From positions 23,416-87,415 of the forward strand of contig JAAYNM010000023.1 of the NCBI GenBank assembly GCA_012520815.1: DNA of 64,000 nucleotides, written 5' to 3'. The translations under genes were made by a program, and so were the position numbers. How positions within the stretch are numbered: position 1 is the stretch's first letter; the number at the start of each line of letters is the position of its first letter. The notes beneath the pieces are model-generated. The model was given only the letters and a program-made list of their open reading frames with translations, did no database searches and was not told the DNA's origin. The stretch comes from Clostridiales bacterium (lineage in GTDB: Bacteria > Bacillota > Clostridia > Lachnospirales > Lachnospiraceae). Positions 48,149 to 56,742 of this stretch are shown here, one piece after another.

Positions 48149-48817
48149 ATGTTTGATTTTTTTGTAAATGGAGATGGAGGACTTACAACAGCTGGATATG
48201 TATGTGCTGGAATAGCAATAGGTATATTCTTGATTTTAGGTGTTGGATTAGCAAAAGGAAAGGTTAAGTCCAAGAAGATGACAGCTAAACAGCTTACTAC
48301 ATGCGCTGCCTGTCTAGCACTTGCCTTTGTAACATCTTATGTAAAGTTATGGGAGATGCCGTTTGGAGGTACGATAACACTGTGTAGTATGTTATTTATT
48401 GTACTTTGTAGCTATTGGTATGGACTTGGGACAGGGCTTTGCGTAGGTTTTGTCTATGGAATATTACAATTTATCCAGGAACCATATATTCTTACATTTT
48501 TCCAAGTATGTTGCGATTATCTATTCGCATTTATGGCATTAGGCATAGCAGGTGCATTTAGAAAGGTGAAAAATGGACTTTTGTGGGGATATATTGTAGC
48601 AATTCTAGGCAGAGGATTTTTTCATGCATTAGGTGGTTACCTATATTGGATGGATTATATGCCAGAAAATTTCCCGAAATCACTTACCTTTGCATATCCT
48701 GTTATTTATAATTATAGCTACATTTTGGTTGAAGGTATAATTACAATTATAATTATAAGCCTACCACCAGTTAAAAAAGCATTAATCCAGATAAAAAAGA
48801 TGGTTATAGAGCAATAG
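48149..48817 (+). CDS. ECF-transporter S component, ThiT/YuaJ-like (thiamine-type)
   Basis: 222 aa, 6 TMs. LGIAGAFRKVK and GRGFFHALGGYLYW resemble ThiT as I remember it. AAGGAG RBS. Starts 15 nt after the HD-GYP stop. Confidence 0.6.
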   Translation: MFDFFVNGDGGLTTAGYVCAGIAIGIFLILGVGLAKGKVKSKKMTAKQLTTCAACLALAFVTSYVKLWEMPFGGTITLCSMLFIVLCSYWYGLGTGLCVGFVYGILQFIQEPYILTFFQVCCDYLFAFMALGIAGAFRKVKNGLLWGYIVAILGRGFFHALGGYLYWMDYMPENFPKSLTFAYPVIYNYSYILVEGIITIIIISLPPVKKALIQIKKMVIEQ

Positions 48818-48870
48818 AAGATTAGTACCTTGAGAAAAACACGAAATATTTTAGTTGAAAAACTGATACA

Positions 48871-48920
48871 AAATAAAAGAATGGATTTCCTATGTGAGGA
48901 AGTCCATTCTTTTTATTTTA
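48871..48920. terminator. Bidirectional terminator between the thiT-like and WYL genes
   Basis: aaaagaatggatttcc / ggaagtccattctttt 16-bp stem (one G-U) with flanking A and T runs. Confidence 0.85.
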
Positions 48921-48942
48921 TTCAAGGATTACATTTGTAATT

Positions 48943-49947
48943 CTAATCAATTATGATATCTGGGTTATGAACCTTGTATTGACGTAGTGTTTTCTTTGCA
49001 GAATCAATTATCTCATCAGCTAAGTCTGTAGGCTCTAAAACCAAAATATTTGCACCATAGCTAGCAACCCAAGATTTGAATTCATTGATACCAATTACAT
49101 CATCTTCGTAGTAGGTGTTTTTTTCATCATATGTAATCGTGCCTTCGGAATGTACTTCTAATTCAGAAAGAACTTTACGCATAAGGTTTTTGGCATTGGT
49201 AGGGTCATTAATTAAAATCTTTACATGAACTTTTTTTTCATGAGGGTCTGTTCCCCAAAGATATGGAATAACATCAAGAGGAGATAAGTCATCAATTTCA
49301 ATTGGTGCAGACACTCGGGGAATACTTTTAATTTTATCTACATCATAAAATGATAATTCACCATTCTCAATTGTAATTAAATTGTATTTACTATTAAATT
49401 TATCAACTAATACGGTAAGTGGCTTAATAGTCCTCGTCTCAAACTTGTCCTTTTCTGTCTCATATGTAAATGAAATAGTCAGTTCATCACACAAAAAATC
49501 ATAAATAGCAGTAATAATATTTTGTTTATAGTCATCAATCATTTTAAGTGAATCCTGAACAATGAATTGTCCTCTTTGGAGCTTATAATCATAATTGATG
49601 CTGTTTTTAACATAAAATCTAAAGAATTCTGCCTCATCTTTTTGATCCATAGCTATTGCATAGTTCAAAGGGATATCGCTTAGAATCAAAACTGTATCTT
49701 CACAGAGTTCGCTAGCATCTAGAACCTCACCATTAGATAAGTTAGACGGGGTGGTAACTTTTAAAAAGTTAAATCTAAGAATATTGGTAATATCATTTAG
49801 GATGACATCAACATCAACCTCCATAATATCAGCAATTTGTAGGGGAGTAATACCCTCGTCCTTTCGCATTCCAGGAATAGTCGAATTGTTAATAAGCGAT
49901 TGAATCTCTGTGATTCGCACTACTGGATCTATATATTTATTGTTCAT
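48943..49947 (-). CDS. HTH-WYL-WCX transcriptional regulator (PafC/PafB-like)
   Basis: wHTH-like ITPLQIADIMEVDVDVILNDITNIL. WYL-like TRTIKPLTVLVDKFNSKYNLITIENGELSFYDVDKIKSI. WCX-like WVASYGANILVLEPTDLADEII. Confidence 0.7.
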   Translation of the reverse strand: MNNKYIDPVVRITEIQSLINNSTIPGMRKDEGITPLQIADIMEVDVDVILNDITNILRFNFLKVTTPSNLSNGEVLDASELCEDTVLILSDIPLNYAIAMDQKDEAEFFRFYVKNSINYDYKLQRGQFIVQDSLKMIDDYKQNIITAIYDFLCDELTISFTYETEKDKFETRTIKPLTVLVDKFNSKYNLITIENGELSFYDVDKIKSIPRVSAPIEIDDLSPLDVIPYLWGTDPHEKKVHVKILINDPTNAKNLMRKVLSELEVHSEGTITYDEKNTYYEDDVIGINEFKSWVASYGANILVLEPTDLADEIIDSAKKTLRQYKVHNPDIIID

Positions 49948-51034
49948 CGGAAGCTACCTTTCTTAAAGAGTTATATTTATCTATTATCTTGCGAGAATTG
50001 TCAATCAGGACATCTGCTAAGGACTGAGGTGCGGCAACTCTACAAGAGCAACCTAATGGTTTGAGTAAGTGAGCAAAACTATTTACACCACTCATCTTGT
50101 CAGAATAAATATATCTGTTTGTTGTTCCGATACGTGTAATAGCAGCACCCGACATTACTCGTAGGGACTTAATCTTTTGGAAATACTGCATATTATTATC
50201 CACATCGTCAAATTCAATAGATACTTTCTGTGGTTCTTCTACAGAGATACCATACATAGTTTTGAATAACTCCAAGTATTTAGGCGAATTAAATAAATCG
50301 TTGGTATATTCTGTAACAATAGGTTTAACAATCTTATCACTCCTAATGATTACTCTGTTGCCATTAAAATCTTCACAAACTAAATATAAGTTGTTGGTTT
50401 CACTAGAAAAAATAAGTAAGCAAACACAATAAATGTCGGTAGAAATTCTATTGCCCGCGATACGATGGGCTATTTCGACTGCATAGTTCATATAATCCAC
50501 GGTAATTAACTTTGATACTTGAATAGCTAAATCAATGGATGTGAAATGTTTGCCAAGCGCAGATAGTACACTACTATCATTCAAAGTAGGCTCTGCGTTT
50601 AGTGTTGAAGACACATGAGAGAAAATCTCTTTGTTTTCAGTGTCCAACTGTAGCTTGATGTGAGAGTTAATGGTATCTGTCTGTTCCGGTGTGAAAAGTT
50701 TCATCACTGGTGTAGAGGGATTAACACTATATTCCTTGCCATCGTCTGTATTTGTAACAACAATAGTTCCATTTTCAATCAGTGTGCAAATATCCTTCTT
50801 GTGTGTAGCAGGTATAAAGCAACTATGATCATAATTGTTCTTCTTACAATATGAACGAATAAATTTTAGTGAATGACTTTCAATAGCTTCATCTTCTGAT
50901 AAAGTGCACTTTTCGGCACTGTATGCTGACAGAATTGCAGCTATACGCGCATCTGACATAGAAGATTTTATAATATCATTTTTATTCATTATTTGTCCCT
51001 GTTCCTCAATTTCAGATTTTGCTTTTCTAGGCAT
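49937..51034 (-). CDS. WYL/WCX-like protein, divergent N-terminus (partner of the 48943 gene)
   Basis: Overlaps the downstream gene by 11 nt. NNLYLVCEDFNGNRVIIRSDKIVKP is WYL-like and GCSCRVAAPQSLADVLIDN is WCX-like. I prefer the start at MPRKAK (51034, AAGGGG upstream) over 51067. Confidence 0.6.
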   Translation of the reverse strand: MPRKAKSEIEEQGQIMNKNDIIKSSMSDARIAAILSAYSAEKCTLSEDEAIESHSLKFIRSYCKKNNYDHSCFIPATHKKDICTLIENGTIVVTNTDDGKEYSVNPSTPVMKLFTPEQTDTINSHIKLQLDTENKEIFSHVSSTLNAEPTLNDSSVLSALGKHFTSIDLAIQVSKLITVDYMNYAVEIAHRIAGNRISTDIYCVCLLIFSSETNNLYLVCEDFNGNRVIIRSDKIVKPIVTEYTNDLFNSPKYLELFKTMYGISVEEPQKVSIEFDDVDNNMQYFQKIKSLRVMSGAAITRIGTTNRYIYSDKMSGVNSFAHLLKPLGCSCRVAAPQSLADVLIDNSRKIIDKYNSLRKVASDEQ

Positions 51035-51371
51035 ATATATTCCCCTTAATTGGTCATATGCACCCATTATATCATTCTAATTTGAGGGTTACAATGACAA
51101 AATATTATATTCACTGGCTACATTAATTGTTAGCTATGAATGCTTGAAGAATAAATGTTGCATTAAAATTACTTGTAAGTTCCAAGGAACATCATGAAGA
51201 TTTGTTGGCAAGAACCTACGAAATGCTCTGGAATGGACTAGTTTAAATCGGTCAAAAGCAAATATTAAGAAAATAGTCATAAAAAGTTGTTTTGTTATTG
51301 TCTTTTCACATTTATTGATGTATGATTTGAAGTCGTAAGAATACTACAAATAGACGAAAGAAGGATGAACT

Positions 51372-52640
51372 ATGACTTATGAATATTTGTTAGATTTAGC
51401 ATTAATATTATTAAGTACTAAAATTTTCGGACTTGCAACAAAGAAATTCAAAATGCCTCAGGTAGTAGGCGCACTTTTAGCGGGACTTATATTAGGACCA
51501 GCTATGCTTGGTGTATTAAAGGAAACAGATTTTATTAAAATGACAGCAGAACTTGGTGTTATCGTGCTTATGTTCTGTGCCGGTTTAGAAGCAGATGTTA
51601 AAGAACTTAAAAAGAGTGGGAAAGCATCACTTATTATAGCTATTATAGGTGTAATCGTTCCACTTATAGGTGGATTTGCAGTAGCATATTTCTTTAACAA
51701 GCCAGGGCTTATGGGTACAGAGGGTAATACAAACGAGATGTTGCAGAACATTTTCGTGGGTGTTATCTTAACAGCGACATCAGTTAGTATAACCGTTGAA
51801 ACTTTAAAAGAAATGGGCAAGTTAAAAACACGCTCAGGAAATGCAATTTTAGGAGCAGCAATTATTGATGATATCTTAGGTATTATTGCATTGACAGTGG
51901 TAATCTCACTTGCTGATACAACGGTAAATGTAGCAATTGTACTACTCAAAATTTTAGGATTCTTTATATTTGCAGCAATTGCAAGTGTATTATTCTATTT
52001 CTTCTATAAATATTGGGCAGGAAGAACACAATACGGACTACATAGATATTCTATCATTGCATTCGTATTTTGTTTATTATTAGCATTTTGTGCAGAGAAG
52101 TTTTTTGGAGTTGCAGATATTACAGGTGCATTTATTGCAGGTCTTGTAATCTCCATGACACGTAAAAATGAATATCTGGAAGAAAAATTTGATGTAATTT
52201 CATATCTTTATCTTTCACCAGTATTCTTTGCAAGTATTGGATTACAGGTTGTATTACCAGATATGAATAAGACCATTATTATATTTTCTGTTATTCTCAC
52301 CGTAGTGGCAGTACTCACAAAGGTAGTGGGTTGCGGACTCGGTGCAAAACTTTGTAAATATAAAAATTATCAGGCATTTAGGATTGGCGTAGGTATGGTA
52401 TCTAGGGGAGAAGTTGCATTGATTGTTGCAAGTAAAGGTGCAGCAGTAGGTTTACTTGGCGCAAACTTTTTAGGACCAATAGTGGTAGTGGTTATTATAA
52501 CTACAATTATTACACCTATTCTTTTGAAAATTGTATTTAAGATAGGAGTTCCACCAACTACTGGAGAAGAACAAACAACGCTTGTGTCTGGTTTTGAAAA
52601 ACTGGAAAATCTCCGTGAACGAGGATATGAAAAGAACTAG
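51372..52640 (+). CDS. Cation:proton antiporter (CPA2, NapA/Kef-like Na+/H+ exchanger)
   Basis: 422 aa, about 12 TMs. PQVVGALLAGLILGP and FCAGLE motifs are typical of the Na_H_Exchanger family. Confidence 0.85.
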   Translation: MTYEYLLDLALILLSTKIFGLATKKFKMPQVVGALLAGLILGPAMLGVLKETDFIKMTAELGVIVLMFCAGLEADVKELKKSGKASLIIAIIGVIVPLIGGFAVAYFFNKPGLMGTEGNTNEMLQNIFVGVILTATSVSITVETLKEMGKLKTRSGNAILGAAIIDDILGIIALTVVISLADTTVNVAIVLLKILGFFIFAAIASVLFYFFYKYWAGRTQYGLHRYSIIAFVFCLLLAFCAEKFFGVADITGAFIAGLVISMTRKNEYLEEKFDVISYLYLSPVFFASIGLQVVLPDMNKTIIIFSVILTVVAVLTKVVGCGLGAKLCKYKNYQAFRIGVGMVSRGEVALIVASKGAAVGLLGANFLGPIVVVVIITTIITPILLKIVFKIGVPPTTGEEQTTLVSGFEKLENLRERGYEKN

Positions 52641-52711
52641 ATTCTTACAGGCAAATATGGTTTTTCAAAAAACTAGAAGTTGCAAAAAATTGAATTTACA
52701 TAGGAGATAAA

Positions 52712-52885
52712 ATGAGCGCTTGTGATAATTGTAGAAATTATATATACGATGAAGATTTTGAATGTTATGTATGCGATGTGAATCTTGATGAAGATGATAT
52801 GATGCGTTTTATGACAGGAACAAATGATCATTGTGCATATTTTTCACTAGATGATGAATATGCAGTAGTAAAGAAGCAGATGTAA
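52712..52885 (+). CDS. Small Cys-rich protein (57 aa, CxxC ... CxxC), absent from the ORF track because it is under 60 aa
   Basis: AGGAGA at 52703-52708 lies 3 nt before the ATG, which is a rather short spacing. The product is MSACDNCRNYIYDEDFECYVCDVNLDEDDMMRFMTGTNDHCAYFSLDDEYAVVKKQM. A strong terminator follows. Confidence 0.6.
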   Translation: MSACDNCRNYIYDEDFECYVCDVNLDEDDMMRFMTGTNDHCAYFSLDDEYAVVKKQM

Positions 52886-52939
52886 AAAACAATATCAAAA
52901 TGATTATTGTAAAATAGAGATGGATATACAGTAGCAAAT

Positions 52940-52972
52940 AAGCAGATGTAACGAATGTTACATCTGCTTTAA
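52940..52972 (+). terminator. Rho-independent terminator after the small Cys-rich ORF
   Basis: aagcagatgtaac / gttacatctgctt perfect 13-bp stem, 4-nt loop, T-containing tail. Confidence 0.8.
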
Positions 52973-53060
52973 ACGTTTTATGACTTGTGCTATAATAATG
53001 AGCAAAAGTAAACTTATTCTCTAATGAAATAATACTATATTATCAATTAAGGAGGACATA

Positions 53061-53879
53061 ATGATTATTGACACCCATGTTCACACAGGTGGTGCAGCAG
53101 TAGGCTTTGATATGACAGAGGAAAAAGTCATTGCTGCTATGGATAAGTACGGCATAGACTATAGTCTTGTATCCAATGGTGATTCAGGAGAGATGGATCA
53201 TGGGCAAAACTTACTTCCAGAAGAGACGCAAATGTCACAGGAAGATGCGCTTAGGGACAATATAGCTATGGCAAGGCGTCATTCTGGAAGAATCGGTTTA
53301 TTAGTATGGGTTCGCCCTTATCATCAAACTGCAACCGAGGAACTTTATGAACTTATAAATGAAAACATTGATATAATTAAAGGCATTAAATTACACCCGT
53401 TTCATTCAAATGTTGCCCCAGACTCAGAAAAATTTAGTCCATTTATTGAACTTGCAAGAAAATTCAATTTTCCAATAGTTTCTCATACAGGTGGATGTGA
53501 GGCGGCAGAACCTATTCATATGTATAATGCAGCAAAGGCAAATCCAGATATCAATTTTGTAATGGTGCATATGGGATTGGGCAGTGATAATAGTGTTGCA
53601 TTAGACTTATTAGGAAAACTTCCAAATCTATATGGGGATACTGCATGGGTTCCAATGGCAACAACAATAGAAGCATACAATAGGTATGGCAGTAAAAAAA
53701 TGATGTTCGGAAGTGATATGCCTATAGATGGAGTAGACACATACCTTTGTAATCCAAAGGGAGAACGAAGTTTGTATCAAGATTATTTCCATGTATTAAA
53801 TAAAAGAATTCCAAAGGAAGCATATGATGATTTAATGTTTTGCAATGCTATTAAAATATTTAATTTAGAAAATTTATAA
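53061..53879 (+). CDS. Metal-dependent amidohydrolase-fold (TIM barrel) hydrolase
   Basis: IIDTHVHTG N-terminal metal motif, KLHPFH and MFGSDMP. Confidence 0.7.
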   Translation: MIIDTHVHTGGAAVGFDMTEEKVIAAMDKYGIDYSLVSNGDSGEMDHGQNLLPEETQMSQEDALRDNIAMARRHSGRIGLLVWVRPYHQTATEELYELINENIDIIKGIKLHPFHSNVAPDSEKFSPFIELARKFNFPIVSHTGGCEAAEPIHMYNAAKANPDINFVMVHMGLGSDNSVALDLLGKLPNLYGDTAWVPMATTIEAYNRYGSKKMMFGSDMPIDGVDTYLCNPKGERSLYQDYFHVLNKRIPKEAYDDLMFCNAIKIFNLENL

Positions 53880-53981
53880 TTTATTTACAAACTTTATTGA
53901 CAAATAGAAAAAAAGATTTTTACATATTTATTTAAGGTTTGGATTTTGGTTTAGGAAAAAAATATAGGGAAAGGAATTATT

Positions 53982-54989
53982 ATGATTCACGTAGAAAAAG
54001 TAACAAAAGAATTTAAAAAAGTTGTTAAAGAACCTGGATTTAAAGGAAGTGTAAAGTCTTTATTTAATAGAAAATATGAAATAGTAAAGGCCGTAGATGA
54101 TGTTTCCTTTCATGTTCCAAAAGGAGAAATATTAGGATTTATTGGTGCAAATGGTGCTGGAAAGTCAACAACTATTAAGATGCTTACAGGCATCCTCACC
54201 CCAACCGAGGGAAATGTTGAGATTAGTGGTCAGATACCATTTAAGAACAGAAAGAAATATGTTAAGGAAATCGGTGTAGTATTTGGTCAAAGAACTCAGC
54301 TTTGGTGGGATCTTCCACTGGTAGAGACATTTTCAGTATTGAAACAAATCTATGATGTAGAAGAGAAGGATTTCAAGAATAGGATGGGATTCTTAAATGA
54401 AGTTTTGGAATTGGAAGATTTTATTAAGAGTCCAGTTAGAACACTTTCTTTAGGTCAAAGAATGAGAGCAGACCTTGCAGCTAGTATGATACATAATCCA
54501 AAAGTTTTATTCCTTGATGAGCCAACCATTGGTCTTGATGTAGCAGTTAAGAATAATATTAGGAAAGCAATTACTCAGATTAATGAGCAGGAAAAAACTA
54601 CAATTATCCTTACTACACATGACCTCAATGATATTGAATCACTCTGTAAGAGAATCGTTATGATTGACAAAGGTAAGATAATGTATGATGGTGATCTTGC
54701 CCAGATGAAGAGTCAGTACGGAAAATATAGGGATGTAAACATGTCACTTTTTGAATATAGTGACTTTGAAAAATTCCACTTTATCGAGGATTTATCCCTT
54801 AAAGATGAGGATATCAAGATTACTAAGAACAAGGAAAAAATAACAGTTACCTTTAATACAGAGAAAGCATCTGTATCTGATATGTTAACATATATTTTAG
54901 GAAAAACACAAGTTAAGGACATTTCAGTAAAAGACATAGATATTGAGGAAATTGTTTGCCGTATGTATGGAAAAGAGGTGTCAAAATAG
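53982..54989 (+). CDS. ABC transporter ATP-binding protein
   Basis: Walker A GANGAGKST, signature LSLGQRMR, Walker B LFLDEPTIGLD, and an extra C-terminal domain. Confidence 0.92.
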   Translation: MIHVEKVTKEFKKVVKEPGFKGSVKSLFNRKYEIVKAVDDVSFHVPKGEILGFIGANGAGKSTTIKMLTGILTPTEGNVEISGQIPFKNRKKYVKEIGVVFGQRTQLWWDLPLVETFSVLKQIYDVEEKDFKNRMGFLNEVLELEDFIKSPVRTLSLGQRMRADLAASMIHNPKVLFLDEPTIGLDVAVKNNIRKAITQINEQEKTTIILTTHDLNDIESLCKRIVMIDKGKIMYDGDLAQMKSQYGKYRDVNMSLFEYSDFEKFHFIEDLSLKDEDIKITKNKEKITVTFNTEKASVSDMLTYILGKTQVKDISVKDIDIEEIVCRMYGKEVSK

Positions 54990-55828
54990 TGAAAAAGATA
55001 TTAAAGAAAATATCTGATTTCTATCATACATATATAGCCTTCACAAAGGCTGGCGTTCAAAGTGCAATGGCATACAGAACAAGTTTTATTTGTTTCACCA
55101 TAGGTGAATCATTGTATTGCTTTGTTATGTATTTTATTTGGAAGGCAGTGTTTTCATCATCAGGTGATAGTTTATTTATGGGATTCACTATGACAGACAT
55201 GACAGTATATGTATTTTTATCAAATCTAGTAGGATTTCTCACAAGTACAGATTCTACAGATAACCTAGCAGAAGAGATACGAGATGGTAGTATCATTATG
55301 AGAATGATTAAACCTGTTAATGTTGATCTGTCAATCTTATCTATGGAAGTTGGCAATAAAGTAATGATAGTTTCATTTATTTTTGTGCCAGTAATGATAG
55401 CGGTAGAGATTTATAGATATGTTGTATTAGGTTTTGTGGCATTTAATATTGTGAATTTCTTACTGTTTATAGTAAGTGTTGTACTTAGTTATTTGCTATC
55501 ATTTTATTTAAACTTGTTGTTTGGATATTTAGCATTTTATTTAATGAACATTTGGGGATTTTCTATTCTCAAAAGTGCAATTATTAAGTTTTTTTCAGGA
55601 GCACTTATACCACTTGCGTTTTTCCCAGATGCAGTGCAGGTAGTATTTGAACAATTACCATTTGCATCACTCATATATACACCAACTATGCTATATATGG
55701 GAATGTATTCGGGAATTGAAACTATATTTGTACTTTTAAAACAAGTTTTCTGGTTAATGGTTTTCGCATTCATATGTAGGATGGTATGGAACTGGGCACA
55801 GAAGAGACTTGCAGTTCAAGGAGGTTGA
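54989..55828 (+). CDS. ABC-2 type permease subunit
   Basis: Polytopic membrane protein. A GTG at 54989 overlaps the ATPase stop by 1 nt, and GAGGTG lies upstream. The listed TTG at 54956 is an alternative start. Confidence 0.75.
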   Translation: MKKILKKISDFYHTYIAFTKAGVQSAMAYRTSFICFTIGESLYCFVMYFIWKAVFSSSGDSLFMGFTMTDMTVYVFLSNLVGFLTSTDSTDNLAEEIRDGSIIMRMIKPVNVDLSILSMEVGNKVMIVSFIFVPVMIAVEIYRYVVLGFVAFNIVNFLLFIVSVVLSYLLSFYLNLLFGYLAFYLMNIWGFSILKSAIIKFFSGALIPLAFFPDAVQVVFEQLPFASLIYTPTMLYMGMYSGIETIFVLLKQVFWLMVFAFICRMVWNWAQKRLAVQGG

Positions 55829-55829
55829 C

Positions 55830-56618
55830 ATGAAATTTTTAAGACTATACAAAACTTTTATTGTTCAACATTTAAAGAAACTTATGGAATATCGTGTAGA
55901 TTTCCTTACAGGTGCTTGTAGTTTCCTAATAAATCAGGTAACCAATATTGTGTTTATCAGTATTATTTTTGGTCAGATTCCAGATTTAGACGGATTTGAA
56001 TATTATGAAATAATATTTATTTATGGATTCTCTTTAGTACCAAGAGGTATTGATCATTTGCTGACTGACAATTTGTGGAAGGTAGCTTGGTTTGTAGTTA
56101 GAAAAGGTGACTTTGATAAGTACATGATAAGACCTATTTCACCATTGGTTCATTGTATAATAGAATTTATACAGTTTGATGCATTGGGAGAACTTTTGAT
56201 AGGTGTAATCCTTATGGTAATAGCTTCAATAAAGCTATCAATCAGTTTTACATTCATAAATATGATTTTAATGATAGTTGCTATTATATTCGCAACACTT
56301 ATATATACAGCCATAAAGATATTTGGTGCAGCTATTGCATTATGGATAAAACAAAGTGGAAGTATTCTGCAAATATTCTATATGACTAGTGATTTTGCAA
56401 AATACCCAGTTACTATCTACAATAGTGCTATAAGAACTATAGTTACCTATATTATTCCATTTGCATTTACGGCATATTACCCTGCAAGTTATTTACTTCG
56501 CGGTGGCAATCCGATATTTAATATTGGTGGTGTGGTAATTGCAGCAGTTGTCTTAATGACATTAAGTATTTTGGTATGGAATAGAGGTTTGAACTCATAC
56601 GAAAGTGCAGGAAGTTGA
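55830..56618 (+). CDS. ABC-2 type permease subunit (second)
   Basis: GGAGG lies 6 nt before the ATG at 55830. Six hydrophobic helices. Typical ATPase plus two ABC-2 permeases arrangement. Confidence 0.75.
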   Translation: MKFLRLYKTFIVQHLKKLMEYRVDFLTGACSFLINQVTNIVFISIIFGQIPDLDGFEYYEIIFIYGFSLVPRGIDHLLTDNLWKVAWFVVRKGDFDKYMIRPISPLVHCIIEFIQFDALGELLIGVILMVIASIKLSISFTFINMILMIVAIIFATLIYTAIKIFGAAIALWIKQSGSILQIFYMTSDFAKYPVTIYNSAIRTIVTYIIPFAFTAYYPASYLLRGGNPIFNIGGVVIAAVVLMTLSILVWNRGLNSYESAGS

Positions 56619-56742
56619 TACCAATATAAAAGGACCAAACTCTTGTAAAATGAATTGTATTAGAATAATAGATTTGTTATACTGATTTCAAGAAAAAGCG
56701 TAGAATACGTATGGTTTATCCATAAAATTGAAGGAGGATTTA

